A stretch of DNA of 57,317 nucleotides, taken from Myxococcales bacterium (GTDB taxonomy: Bacteria; Myxococcota_A; Polyangia; Polyangiales; Polyangiaceae). The stretch spans positions 1 through 57,317 of the forward strand of contig JAYVYD010000018.1 in assembly GCA_043784605.1 (NCBI GenBank). Reading direction: 5' to 3'. The position numbers and the translations under genes were made by a program. How positions within the stretch are numbered: the first letter of the stretch is position 1; the number at the start of each line of letters is the position of its first letter. Positions 17,124 through 26,714 of the stretch are shown here, in pieces. The notes below the pieces were generated by a model. The model saw only the letters and a program-made list of their open reading frames with translations, searched no databases and was not told the DNA's origin.

Positions 17124-19742
17124 TCAGGCCTGCTTCAGGAACGCGGCGATGCGCGCCTCGACAGTGCCTGCGGCGTCCGCGGACGCGTAACTCTCGGGGA
17201 GGCCGATTTTGCCCTCCGTTCGGTTCAAGTAGGACAAGTCGACGAAAGACGAGATCGCGTTCTCGATCACGGGGCGGCTCACGGACTCGCGCCGCTCGAT
17301 TTCTCCCGCGAGGAACATGCGCTCGCCGACGGCGATCGACTTCTTCGTGAAGTCCTTGATGGCCATCGGCCCTTTGAGCAAGAGAAGGAGGCCGCGCGCC
17401 GTGATGCGATAGCCCTCGAGGAACGAGCGGACCATCTGCGCATACAAGAAGAGCTGCGCTCGGCCGGCCTCGCTCGCGCCGACGATCACGTCGCCTTCCA
17501 GCGCGATCTCGCCGTCGTTCACCATGGCCCGGAGCGTCTCGTCGAAGATGAGATCGAACGTCGCGTCCGCGCGGAACTGGAACTCGTACTTGAAGAGCCG
17601 TGACAGGACGAGGACGCGCTCTCTCAGCGTGGAGACCCCGACCGAGGCGAGCCCGCTCGAGGAGGCGTCGTTCGCGAGCAGCGCTGTGGCCACCATCGCG
17701 CGCGAGACGAAGAAATGCACGACGATGTTCTTGGCGAGATCGAGCGACATGCGTGCGTCATCGGGTACGACGTAGATCGCGTCGCTGCGTGGCGTCTTCA
17801 GCGCGCCGCCCTTCGCCATCCCAGGGAGTCTCGCGACCGCGTTTCCGGCCTTCAAATAGAGCTCGAGCGACTCGTGGATCGCCTCTAGGCGAATGCGACC
17901 GGGCTCCATCGGGTGCGCGAGCGACGGTGAGAAGCGCGCGCCGAACGCGTGGAGAGTGCGGCCGATGCGGAGACAAAGCTCGATGAGCTCGTCGTGCGTG
18001 ACGCCGCGCTTGCCGTGCGTGAGCAGCGCGCAAGCGACGACCGACCCGGCGGTCACAGCCGTCACGCGATTGATTTCGTTCATCACGCGATAGGCGAGGC
18101 GAGTCACGACCGCCCTGCGCCTCGGGGGGGTGAGCTTCGAGAGCGAGTCGCTCGTCGCGTTAGGATCCAGCTCACGCAAGACGCCCTCGAGCGTGAGCAC
18201 CTCGCCGAACTGCACCGAGAGCTTGCCGTAGCGCTTGACGAGGACCTCGACGCTGCCGAGCAAGCTCTGCACGTCCTCCTTCGTCTTCTCGCCGCCGGCG
18301 AGCTCGCTCACGTATGCATCCTCTTCGACGAGGCGCTCGTAGCCGATCGAAACGGGGACGAACTGCACGGGTCTGCCGGTCGATCCCAGCGCGGCGTCCA
18401 CGATGATCGACAAGAGACCGACCTTCGGAGGCAACAGCTTGCCAGTGCGAGAGCGGCCTCCCTCGAGGAAGAACTCGAGGGTCCAGCCGTCCTTCAAGAG
18501 CCGGCGCATGTACGCGTCCACCACCGCGCCGTAGAGGCGATCGCCCTTGAAGCTGCGGCGAATGAAGAACGCGCCGCTCGAGCGGAGGATGGGCCCGATG
18601 GGGAAGAAGTTGAGGTTGTCGCCCGCGGCGATGAGCGGCATCTGCATGTGCGCGCGATAGAGCACTTGCGACAGGATAATGTAATCTACATGTGATTTGT
18701 GACTGGGGAGCAGCACGAGCGAGCCGTCTTTGGTCGCGCGCCGAACACGCTCGAGGCCCTCTTGGTCCACCTCGATCGACGAGTACATGCGGCCGATCGT
18801 CTGCTCGACCACAGTGTCGATCATCGCGATGGTGTTCATGTCGAGCGAGGCCTCGAGCTCTTCGAGCATCGCGTACGCCTTCTTGTTGATCACGAGGCGC
18901 TCGGCGTCGCCTTCTCCGGCCATGTCGCCGATGATCTTTTGCAGTCGCGGGCTGCGCACCACCTCCTCACGCATGCGGTCCGTCGGCTTGCGTGCGGGGC
19001 CGACCACCACGCGGCGCTCGCGCTCGAGTCGTCGCAGGAGCGTGTACGTCATGCGACGCACCAACACGTCATCCGCGGTGTCTGCCTCTTGTTTGAGGAA
19101 CGCTTGCACATCGAGCGGCTCGCCCGATCGCAGCGTGACGTGCCGATAGTTGGCGAGGAACTGCGCGACCGTTCGGATCTTCCCCGGCCACTCGCGAGGG
19201 CCGAAAATTGCGTCGATCGGCGTGTGCTGCGTCGCGTCCGCGTGCTTGGACCAGACGAAGACCTGCGGCACCATGAGGATGGGCTCGTCGGTCTTTCGCT
19301 GCGTTGAGAGCACCGTGGACAGGAAGCGGTCACCCTCGATGCGACCGCGAGACGAGGGCTCCGTGAGCGTCGGCGGTCGCTTGAGGAACAACGCCGCAGA
19401 CGCACGCGCCTCGAGCGCTCGTGAGAGATCGGCGACGTCCGAGTTCTCGTCTCGACGAAAGATGGAGTGCAACCAACCGCGACCCATCGGCTCGAGGACG
19501 CCCATGCCCATGTCGTTGGCGAAGCGCACTTGAGGCAGCGAGTGACGTTTGGTGAGAAAATCGAGCGCGAAGAAGTCTATGAACGAGAGATTGCGCAGGA
19601 CGTAAGCGACCGTCCCGCGCGCCGCGGCTTCGCGCACGTTGGCTACCCAGCTCTCATCGACCTCGATGTGCTGGAAGAACCGCTCGTACAGCCAGCCGAG
19701 GGCGGGGTTGGGCTCGTAGGAGACGAGGGGACGCTCGGTCAC
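17124..19742 (-). CDS. plsB: glycerol-3-phosphate acyltransferase PlsB
   Basis: 872 aa, GTG start. H(X)4D block LLPSHKSHVDYIILS, FFLEGGRSRTGKLLPPKVG block, and a long PlsB-type C-terminal domain. Confidence 0.9.
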   Translation of the reverse strand: MTERPLVSYEPNPALGWLYERFFQHIEVDESWVANVREAAARGTVAYVLRNLSFIDFFALDFLTKRHSLPQVRFANDMGMGVLEPMGRGWLHSIFRRDENSDVADLSRALEARASAALFLKRPPTLTEPSSRGRIEGDRFLSTVLSTQRKTDEPILMVPQVFVWSKHADATQHTPIDAIFGPREWPGKIRTVAQFLANYRHVTLRSGEPLDVQAFLKQEADTADDVLVRRMTYTLLRRLERERRVVVGPARKPTDRMREEVVRSPRLQKIIGDMAGEGDAERLVINKKAYAMLEELEASLDMNTIAMIDTVVEQTIGRMYSSIEVDQEGLERVRRATKDGSLVLLPSHKSHVDYIILSQVLYRAHMQMPLIAAGDNLNFFPIGPILRSSGAFFIRRSFKGDRLYGAVVDAYMRRLLKDGWTLEFFLEGGRSRTGKLLPPKVGLLSIIVDAALGSTGRPVQFVPVSIGYERLVEEDAYVSELAGGEKTKEDVQSLLGSVEVLVKRYGKLSVQFGEVLTLEGVLRELDPNATSDSLSKLTPPRRRAVVTRLAYRVMNEINRVTAVTAGSVVACALLTHGKRGVTHDELIELCLRIGRTLHAFGARFSPSLAHPMEPGRIRLEAIHESLELYLKAGNAVARLPGMAKGGALKTPRSDAIYVVPDDARMSLDLAKNIVVHFFVSRAMVATALLANDASSSGLASVGVSTLRERVLVLSRLFKYEFQFRADATFDLIFDETLRAMVNDGEIALEGDVIVGASEAGRAQLFLYAQMVRSFLEGYRITARGLLLLLKGPMAIKDFTKKSIAVGERMFLAGEIERRESVSRPVIENAISSFVDLSYLNRTEGKIGLPESYASADAAGTVEARIAAFLKQA

Positions 19743-19749
19743 CGCACGC

Positions 19750-20373
19750 TCACCCGCCGCCGAACGCCTTCTTCATCACGTCCAGGATGCGCTTGTCGGA
19801 GTCCGACGACAGGCCCGTGTTGTTTCCGTAAGGCCACGCGAAGCCGAACGTCTTGACTTGCCCGCACGGCGGCGACACGAGGATGTCGACCGGCGGTTGA
19901 CCCTGCTGCGTGATCGACACGCCGAAGTCGGCATACATGCAAGTCTCCTTCGGTGCGCTGAAGTTCGACGCGTGACCGAAGATGTCGAGCAGCTCGTCGT
20001 GCTGCTTCTGATCCTGGAGCGGGATCCATCCGAGGATGCGAAAATCGTGGAAGCGAGGGACGTTCGCGTCCGGGGAGGGCGCCGCGGTGCCGCCCATACC
20101 CGGCGGCAACCAGCCCGCGGGCACGGCCGTCTGAATCGCAGACCAGTACTGTTGAATCTGCGGAGGCAGCTGGAACGGGAGTGCGGGCGCGCCGGGTTGC
20201 GCTGCCGCGGTCTGCGGGGGCTCGTAGTTCTGCAGGCGATATACCGTGATCGGTGCGGCTTTCAGGCCTTCGAACGGTTGCGCCAGAGCGCCTCCGCCGC
20301 AACCCTCTGCCAACGCGAGGAGAACCACAGCCATCGTCGCGTTGCCCAACATCGAAAACCTGTTCGCGTTCAT
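19750..20373 (-). CDS. lipoprotein, hypothetical (first gene of plsB-mla operon)
   Basis: ATG 20373. Signal/lipobox MNANRFSMLGNATMAVVLLALAEGC-GG. Its stop lies 7 nt before the plsB start. I recognise no domain. Confidence 0.6.
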   Translation of the reverse strand: MNANRFSMLGNATMAVVLLALAEGCGGGALAQPFEGLKAAPITVYRLQNYEPPQTAAAQPGAPALPFQLPPQIQQYWSAIQTAVPAGWLPPGMGGTAAPSPDANVPRFHDFRILGWIPLQDQKQHDELLDIFGHASNFSAPKETCMYADFGVSITQQGQPPVDILVSPPCGQVKTFGFAWPYGNNTGLSSDSDKRILDVMKKAFGGG

Positions 20374-20446
20374 GCGGCCGACGCTACCAGAGTTGATCCT
20401 GTCTCGCTTCAGCGAGATCACGTGGAGGTGCTAGACCTGTAAGTCG

Positions 20447-20854
20447 ATGGTGAAGATCAAGAAGATCGATCACGTGGCGATCTGCGTACGGGACATCGAC
20501 GAAGCCGCGGCGAAGTGGGCTCAGGTGCTCGGATTGAAGCCGAGCATTCGCGAGGTCGTCGAGTCTCAAAAGACGGAGGCGGCGCTGATGTCACTGGGTG
20601 AGACGAGCCTCGAGCTCATCTCGCCGAAGGGCAACGACGGTCTCGAGAAGTTTCTCGAAAAGCGCGGTCCTGGCCTCCATCACATCGCGGTCGAGGTGGA
20701 GGGAATCGAGGAAGCGCTAGCGCTGTTGAAAGCCCTCGGCGTGCCGCTGATCGACGAGACGCCACGAAAGGGCGCACGTGGTCACAAGGTCGCGTTCGTC
20801 CACCCGAAGGCTACCGGCGGCGTGTTGGTCGAACTCGTCGAGCCCGAGCACTGA
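20447..20854 (+). CDS. methylmalonyl-CoA epimerase (VOC/glyoxalase superfamily)
   Basis: 135 aa. IDHVAICVRDIDEA...LGETSLELISP...GPGLHHIAVEV...KVAFVHPKATGGVLVELVE is typical of MCE epimerases. Confidence 0.85.
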   Translation: MVKIKKIDHVAICVRDIDEAAAKWAQVLGLKPSIREVVESQKTEAALMSLGETSLELISPKGNDGLEKFLEKRGPGLHHIAVEVEGIEEALALLKALGVPLIDETPRKGARGHKVAFVHPKATGGVLVELVEPEH

Positions 20855-20969
20855 CCACAATGTGCTTGTCACGACAGCGAGTTCTTGTAGCGTGCGAACA
20901 CGCTCGCTACTCTAGTGCGCGTGTTCGTCGTCGGCTTTGCCGACACCACTTCGAGGAGGATTGCAGCTC

Positions 20970-22085
20970 ATGAGGGAAGCCATCGGCAGAAAGCTCACGA
21001 TGGGCGCAGCCGTCGCAGTGTTGGTGCTCGGCGCCAACGTGCAGAACGCCGCCGCGCAGGGCAAGCCAACCACTGCCGCCAAGCCCCCAACGCCCGCGAA
21101 CACGCCGGCGCCGGCTCCAAGCAAGCCTGGCATGACCGCCGCAAGCGGTGGCGCCGCGGACGCGAAGGCACACTACCAAGCGGGTGAGGCAAAGTTCAAG
21201 GCGAACGACTACGCCGGCGCGCTGCCCGACTTCCAGGCCGCAGATGCGTTCAAGTCCACGCCGCAATCGCAGCGCTTCATCGGACTGTGCCAAGACAGCC
21301 TCGGCCACTACCCGGAGGCCGTAGCGGCCTACAACAACTTCCTTGCCGCCGTTCCGACGAAGATGGTCAAAGAGGGCGACGACACCAAGAAGCGCGTCGA
21401 CATCATCAAGGCGATGCCCGGCAAGCTCCACGTCGACTCGAGCCCGCCCGGCGCGACCGTCACGATCGACGGCAAGCCCAGCGGCGTAGCGCCGACCGAC
21501 GTCGACGTCCCGTCCGGCAGGCACACGGTTCACTTCGATCTCACCGGTTACATCGCCAGCGACAAAGACACGGACGTCACGTACGCCGGCAGGCAGGACG
21601 TCAAGGTCGACCTCACCGCAAAGCCCATCGAGGCACCTCCGCCTTCCATGGCTTCGAATCCACCTCCTGCGACGCCAGTGGCGGCGGCCGTTCCTGCTGA
21701 TCCGCCCAAGGCTCACAGCATGGTTCCCGCGATCGTCACGGGTAGCCTGGCCGTTGTCGCCGCGGGCGTTGGCGCCGTCTTCGGTATCTTGGCGCTCGGC
21801 GACAAGAGCACTTACAACACGACGCCCACCGCAGACACGGCGGATAGTGGAGAGAACAAGGCGCTCGTCGCTGACATGGCGTTCGGCGTCGCGATCACCC
21901 TCGGTGTGACGAGCGCGGTGCTCTTTTTCTCCAAGGATGACGACGCACCGAAGCCGACGGCTTCGTTCCCGCCGTCGCCGGACAAGCGTCCTGTCGTCGC
22001 GCACAAAACCAAGTCCTTCTCCATCACGCCAGCTCCGATCGTCACCGCGCACGGCGGTGGCTTGGGCGCCCTCTTTCGCTTTTGA
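20970..22085 (+). CDS. secreted TPR-like + PEGA domain protein with C-terminal membrane module
   Basis: ATG 20970 follows GAGGAGG. Has a signal peptide and a TPR-like segment (AKAHYQAGEAKFKANDYAGAL). PEGA motif SSPPGATVTIDGKPSGVAPTDVDVPSGRHTV. C-terminus has two hydrophobic helices and ends ...GGGLGALFRF. Confidence 0.8.
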   Translation: MREAIGRKLTMGAAVAVLVLGANVQNAAAQGKPTTAAKPPTPANTPAPAPSKPGMTAASGGAADAKAHYQAGEAKFKANDYAGALPDFQAADAFKSTPQSQRFIGLCQDSLGHYPEAVAAYNNFLAAVPTKMVKEGDDTKKRVDIIKAMPGKLHVDSSPPGATVTIDGKPSGVAPTDVDVPSGRHTVHFDLTGYIASDKDTDVTYAGRQDVKVDLTAKPIEAPPPSMASNPPPATPVAAAVPADPPKAHSMVPAIVTGSLAVVAAGVGAVFGILALGDKSTYNTTPTADTADSGENKALVADMAFGVAITLGVTSAVLFFSKDDDAPKPTASFPPSPDKRPVVAHKTKSFSITPAPIVTAHGGGLGALFRF

Positions 22086-22093
22086 GACTTGCC

Positions 22094-22417
22094 ATGAACA
22101 ACCAATCCAAAAAGCGTCTCCTCTCGGTCATGGCTCTCGCGCTCGTCGCAGCGGGTTGTGAACTCATCGTCGACTTCGACCGCTCGAAGATCGACGCAGG
22201 CGCCTCTGACGCGTCATTCCCCGACGCGCCGCTCGCCGATCAAGCGAACCCGCCGGACACGAACGTCGTGGACTCCAGCATGCAGGACACGAGCATGCAG
22301 GACACGAGCGTGAAGGACACGAGCGTGAAGGACACGAGTGTGGCAGACACGTCCGACACCAGCGTGCCGGACTCGAGCGACGCCGCAGTGCTCGACGCAG
22401 CAGACGCCGCAGACTGA
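22094..22417 (+). CDS. acidic DTS-repeat lipoprotein, hypothetical
   Basis: ATG 22094 lies 8 nt after the upstream stop. Lipobox LVAAGC-E. C-terminus is MQDTS-MQDTS-VKDTS-VKDTS-VADTS plus an Asp/Ala tail. Confidence 0.6.
   Translation: MNNQSKKRLLSVMALALVAAGCELIVDFDRSKIDAGASDASFPDAPLADQANPPDTNVVDSSMQDTSMQDTSVKDTSVKDTSVADTSDTSVPDSSDAAVLDAADAAD
22280..22354 (+). repeat. 5 x 15-nt in-frame tandem repeat (ATGCAGGACACGAGC family)
   Basis: Units at 22280, 22295 (identical to each other), 22310, 22325 (1 mismatch between these two) and 22340 (diverged). Confidence 0.9.
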
Positions 22418-22439
22418 TTGCTAGGACAGCTGCCCGGTT

Positions 22440-23882
22440 CTACGGGTAGATGCAGTGGAGGATGTACGCGTTGGACTCGGAAACGGGACGGCAGCGCGTA
22501 CCGTTTCCGCAGTCTGCGTCCGTGCAGCAATAGTCGGTGCAGTACTTGTGCGTGTGCGTGCTCGTTGGCACGTCGCAGTAAAGGCTGGCGCAGTCGCCGT
22601 CGGTGTTGCAGTCGGTGCCGCTCTGAGCACTTCCACGGCTGACGCCCGACACCGCGCACGACGTGAAGACGCCATTGTTCGTGCCATACGCGCGGCAGAC
22701 GAAGTCTCCGTAGAACGTACTGCGGCCTGGGCATCCTGCGGACCCGCAGCACGGAGCCATGCAGAGGTCCGCGAAGTTGTCGATCCGCTCGCACACGCCT
22801 TCACCGCAAGCGCTGGGCGAGCCTCCGCAGATCGATCCGCCGCAGCACTTGCCAGAGCCGGTGGTGTTGCCCGGGATGCACGCGAGCGCCGACTTCCCGC
22901 GCAGGGTCGTCTCGTGGCAGGCCGTGCCGTTCGTGCAGTTCGCGCTCGTGCAGCACACGTCGATGCACCGACCGGCTTCAATCTGTCCCGATCGACACTG
23001 CGTGGGGTCGTTGGTGCTCGCGCCCGCGGGGAGGCTCCCGACCGCCGCGATTTGAAGCGAGGCCTTGCTCACGCAATAGCGACCGGCCGTTCCGGGAGCG
23101 TAACAGACGAAGTCCGTGGGACAGTCCGATGAGGCGCAGCAGGTCTTCGTGCAGACGTTCGTCGCAGTGATCGGTCCGAGGTAGGCGCTCGAGCCGCAGA
23201 AGGCCCCGACAGGGCACTGTCTGTCGCCCACGCACGCCGAGCCTATCGCGCCCACGATGTTGCTCGTGCACTTGCCAGTAGGCACGTCGCAGGTCTCTTG
23301 CCCCTTGCATAGCGCGGGGTTGGAGTTGCAATCGCTCGTGAGCGGACTGCAGTTGTCGATCGGGTTCGGGTTGTGGAGCGCCGACTTGCACACCGTGCTC
23401 TCGGGGCACATGCACGTCGCCGGGTCGTTGCAGTACTTGCCGTCGTCCGCCGCGCCGCTGCAGTCGTCGTCGGCGCCGTTGCACCGTTGAACCGCGAGCG
23501 CGAGCGGGTTGCCGGCGCGGTCAACGGGGTGCCTGACCGGATCGTTGGGGTGAATTCCCGCCGCACGATCGTTGCAATCGATGTTGATGATCTTGTTGTC
23601 GTTGGCAACGTCGTAGTCGCCGCAGACCGTGTACGTGTCGTTGTCTTGGTCGGCCAGGCCGTCGTCGACGATGCCGTTGCAGTCGTTGTCGTAGTGATCG
23701 CAGACGTCCGTCGTCTCGCAGGGAACGCACCCCGACCCCTTGCAGTACTTGCCGGGCGGACAGACGTTTTTGGCGGTGCCGCTGCAGTTGAATTGCGGTA
23801 CGTCGCTCGAGACAATCGCCTCGCATTGAAGCGCGGCGAAGACCAGCGTGACGAAGGCGACCGACCCGAGTGCGCGGCGCAT
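22440..23882 (-). CDS. Cys-rich secreted protein with MopE-like putative metal-binding motifs
   Basis: Signal peptide MRRALGSVAFVTLVFAALQ. Contains DNDCNGIVDD, IDCNDRAAGIHPND and CNGADDDCSG motifs and many Cys. Its ATG overlaps the upstream stop by 1 nt (TGATG). Confidence 0.8.
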   Translation of the reverse strand: MRRALGSVAFVTLVFAALQCEAIVSSDVPQFNCSGTAKNVCPPGKYCKGSGCVPCETTDVCDHYDNDCNGIVDDGLADQDNDTYTVCGDYDVANDNKIINIDCNDRAAGIHPNDPVRHPVDRAGNPLALAVQRCNGADDDCSGAADDGKYCNDPATCMCPESTVCKSALHNPNPIDNCSPLTSDCNSNPALCKGQETCDVPTGKCTSNIVGAIGSACVGDRQCPVGAFCGSSAYLGPITATNVCTKTCCASSDCPTDFVCYAPGTAGRYCVSKASLQIAAVGSLPAGASTNDPTQCRSGQIEAGRCIDVCCTSANCTNGTACHETTLRGKSALACIPGNTTGSGKCCGGSICGGSPSACGEGVCERIDNFADLCMAPCCGSAGCPGRSTFYGDFVCRAYGTNNGVFTSCAVSGVSRGSAQSGTDCNTDGDCASLYCDVPTSTHTHKYCTDYCCTDADCGNGTRCRPVSESNAYILHCIYP

Positions 23883-24691
23883 CAGAAGCTCCCGCCAAGC
23901 GCTACGCCGCTGACATTTGCGCCTACGATCGGCGCGAGCCTCGGGGCGGATTGACTGAGGTAGATGGGCGCTCGCGGGCGGGTGGCGACGTAGAGGAACA
24001 CGGTCGTGAGTGCTGCTGCGATGCCCACGCCGAAGGCAACGTCCGACACGATGGCTTCGGTGTGCGCGCTCTGCGCTTGGCTCGCGAGGAGGCTGTACGG
24101 CACGCTCGTGCTCGTCACCGATCCGCTCGCGGGCTTGTCGCTGAGCGCCTTGCTGCCCATGATCGCGCCTACCGAAATACCCGCGACCCCGAGTACGGTG
24201 CCGACGATGAGCACGCCGTTGAGCACGCCATGAGACGTCGCCGGTGGTGATGTAGGTGACTTGTCAATGACCCGCTTGTGGCTCTTGTTTCGGTCATCTT
24301 CGGGGTCATCAGGAGGTGGCGGCGGCACCTCCTTCTTCGCGCCAAGGAGCCGCTTGATGTACGCCTCCCCTTTGGCGCGCTCGCTCGCGTCAACGTCCAT
24401 CTCGACGTACCGCTTGAAGTACTTGATCGAGTCGTCGATGCGGTTGAGCTTCTCGCTCAAGACGCCGAGGTTGTAGACGAGATCCTTCGCGGTGGGGTCG
24501 AGGACGAGGGCGACCTCGAGCTCGGACACCGCCTCGCGATAGCTCCCGCCTTGGTAGAGTTCTCGCGCCTTCTGGAAGTGCTGTCCCGCGGCCTTCACGT
24601 TCTCGACAGAGGGAGGCGCAGGTCCGTCGGCGTACGCGACCGCCGAAGCGAGTGAGATCGCCACAGTCAGAGCCACGCCAAAGGTCTGCAT
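23882..24691 (-). CDS. secreted TPR protein with C-terminal membrane module
   Basis: ATG 24691. Signal peptide MQTFGVALTVAISLASAVAYA. TPR (AGQHFQKARELYQGGSYREAVSELEVALVLDP). Pro-rich linker, two hydrophobic helices, ends ...SGVALGGSF. Confidence 0.75.
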   Translation of the reverse strand: MQTFGVALTVAISLASAVAYADGPAPPSVENVKAAGQHFQKARELYQGGSYREAVSELEVALVLDPTAKDLVYNLGVLSEKLNRIDDSIKYFKRYVEMDVDASERAKGEAYIKRLLGAKKEVPPPPPDDPEDDRNKSHKRVIDKSPTSPPATSHGVLNGVLIVGTVLGVAGISVGAIMGSKALSDKPASGSVTSTSVPYSLLASQAQSAHTEAIVSDVAFGVGIAAALTTVFLYVATRPRAPIYLSQSAPRLAPIVGANVSGVALGGSF

Positions 24692-24777
24692 CCCGTCTAC
24701 ATTATAGCCTGAGCATGGTCCGAGATCGCTAACTCGTTGACTGTAAGACGAGTTCGACCGCGAGCGTTGTAGCTCGT

Positions 24778-25443
24778 ATGAGACGCATCCGGGCCGCCAT
24801 ATCCTGCATATTGTTGAGCTTGTCGTTCGCCACGGGCGCGGCTGCAGACAACGCAATCGTGACCGTAGGGCGTGACTACGCGCTACCGCCGAGGCCGAGC
24901 CCGCAACCGATCATCATCGTCCGCGACGCGCCGCCGCCGCCGCTCATCGACGTGACGCTTCCGCACGAGGTCTACCGGTCCCCGTTTCGACTGAGCGTGG
25001 GCCCTTCGGGCGTGACGACAGGACGCGGTCTCGGAATGGGGCTCGGCCTCGGGGCGGACTTCGGGACCGGCACGGTCGGAGCCCGACTCGCGGCGATGTG
25101 GCTCCGCGGCGAGCCGCAAGGGAGCTCGCTTCAGATGCCGGCGAGCGGAAGCCGCATGGGTCAATACACCGCGGAGCTCGTCGTCGACTTGCACAAGGGC
25201 GGCCCAGTTCATCCCATGTTTGGGCTCGGATTCGGCCTCGTTCACATCGCCAAGAACGACGCGAGTGGGGACGCCGTGATCGGCACGGCGCGCCTCGGCC
25301 TGGAGTACGCGCTCGGGATCGAGGACGCAGACGTGCGCCTCGGGCTCTCCGTCCTTGGAGCGATGCCCGGCGTCTCCGACCGCGAGCTCGCGGATCTTCG
25401 CGCGTATGGCATGGTCAACGCGAGCATCGCGATCGGCTTCTAA
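24778..25443 (+). CDS. outer-membrane beta-barrel-like protein, hypothetical
   Basis: Has a signal peptide. Gly-rich alternating pattern (GLGMGLGLGADFGTG, FGLGFGLVH). C-terminal ...ASIAIGF ends in an aromatic residue. Confidence 0.6.
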   Translation: MRRIRAAISCILLSLSFATGAAADNAIVTVGRDYALPPRPSPQPIIIVRDAPPPPLIDVTLPHEVYRSPFRLSVGPSGVTTGRGLGMGLGLGADFGTGTVGARLAAMWLRGEPQGSSLQMPASGSRMGQYTAELVVDLHKGGPVHPMFGLGFGLVHIAKNDASGDAVIGTARLGLEYALGIEDADVRLGLSVLGAMPGVSDRELADLRAYGMVNASIAIGF

Positions 25444-25463
25444 TTGGTGTAGCAGTCCACGAA

Positions 25464-26714
25464 GTGTCGATAGAGGAGACGGTTGGGAAGCTTTGCGACG
25501 ACGCACGTGTGGCGTCCCGCGCGCTCTGCAAACTGAGCCGCACCCAGAAGGACGCGGTGCTCGGTGAGATCGCCAAGCGCCTGCGCGAACAAGGCGCGGC
25601 GGTGATCTCGGCGAATACACAGGATGTCGCGGCAGCAGAGTCGCGTGGGCAGAAGGCGTCGCTCATCGATCGGCTCAAGCTCGACAAGGAGCGGGTCATC
25701 GCGATCGCGGATGGCGTGGAGGCGATCATGTCGTTCCCGGACCCCGTGGGCGAAGTCATCGCGCAATACGCCCGTCCCAACGGGCTGCGCGTGTCGCGAA
25801 CGCGCGTGCCGATCGGCGTCGTCGCGATGGTCTACGAGGCACGACCCAACGTGACCGTGGAGGCGAGTGCGCTCACCATCAAGAGCGGCAACGCCGTGGT
25901 GCTCCGTGGCGGCTCGGACGCGCAGCACACGAACGCCGCGCTCGCGGACATCGTTCGCTCCGCTCTCCGCGCGTGCGGCCTGTCCGAGGACGCGGTCGTC
26001 ATGTTGCCGAGCTCGCGCGAGTCCGTGCGGGCGCTCGTAGGCACTGCGGGTCGAGTCGATCTCGCGATCCCGCGCGGCGGCGAGGGCCTGATCCGCGAGG
26101 TAGTCGAGCATGCGCGCGTGCCGCTCGTGCTTCACTACAAGGGTGTCTGTCACGTGTACGTCGACGCGGGCGCGGACCTCGAGATGGCGGCAAAGATCGC
26201 GGTGAACGCGAAGCTCTCGCGGCCCGGTGTCTGCAACGCGATGGAGTGCTTGCTGGTAGACGAGGTGGACGCAGCGCGCCTGCTGCCGCCGATCGCGAAG
26301 GCCCTCCAGGACAACGGCTGCGAGCTCCGTGGGTGCGAACGATCGCGGGCGCTCGTCCCGACGATGAAGGAGGCGCACGACGAAGACTTCGGCCGCGAGT
26401 TCTTGGACGCGATCTGCGCCGTGCGAGTCGTCACGGGTCTTGACGGAGCGCTCGCGCACATCGCACGCTACGGCTCGCAGCACACGGAGTGCATCGTCAC
26501 CGGAGACGCTGGGCGCGCGGAGCGGTTCAGACGCGAAGCAGACGCGGCGTGCGTCGTGGTCAACGCGTCCACTCGCTTCCACGACGGTGGAGAGCTCGGC
26601 CTCGGCGCCGAGATAGGCATCGCGACGAGCCGGCTACATTGGCGCGGGCCGATGGGGCTCGAGGCGCTCACTACGATGAAATGGACGATCGAGGGAGACG
26701 GCCAGACGCGCTGA
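25464..26714 (+). CDS. proA: gamma-glutamyl phosphate reductase
   Basis: GTG 25464 lies after the upstream TAA. GNAVVLRGGS, catalytic Cys context RPGVCNAMECLLV, HTECIVT and NASTRFHDGGE motifs. Confidence 0.92.
   Translation: MSIEETVGKLCDDARVASRALCKLSRTQKDAVLGEIAKRLREQGAAVISANTQDVAAAESRGQKASLIDRLKLDKERVIAIADGVEAIMSFPDPVGEVIAQYARPNGLRVSRTRVPIGVVAMVYEARPNVTVEASALTIKSGNAVVLRGGSDAQHTNAALADIVRSALRACGLSEDAVVMLPSSRESVRALVGTAGRVDLAIPRGGEGLIREVVEHARVPLVLHYKGVCHVYVDAGADLEMAAKIAVNAKLSRPGVCNAMECLLVDEVDAARLLPPIAKALQDNGCELRGCERSRALVPTMKEAHDEDFGREFLDAICAVRVVTGLDGALAHIARYGSQHTECIVTGDAGRAERFRREADAACVVVNASTRFHDGGELGLGAEIGIATSRLHWRGPMGLEALTTMKWTIEGDGQTR

Noticed and set aside
18124-18130. G7 homopolymer inside plsB as a possible phase-variation tract
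   Set aside because: The gene is intact and in frame. Such short G/C runs are expected in this composition, and nothing indicates slippage.
25098-25463. N-terminal extension of proA (track ORF 25098-26714)
   Set aside because: It overlaps the beta-barrel gene in another frame. ProA homology begins at GTG 25464, just after that gene's TAA.
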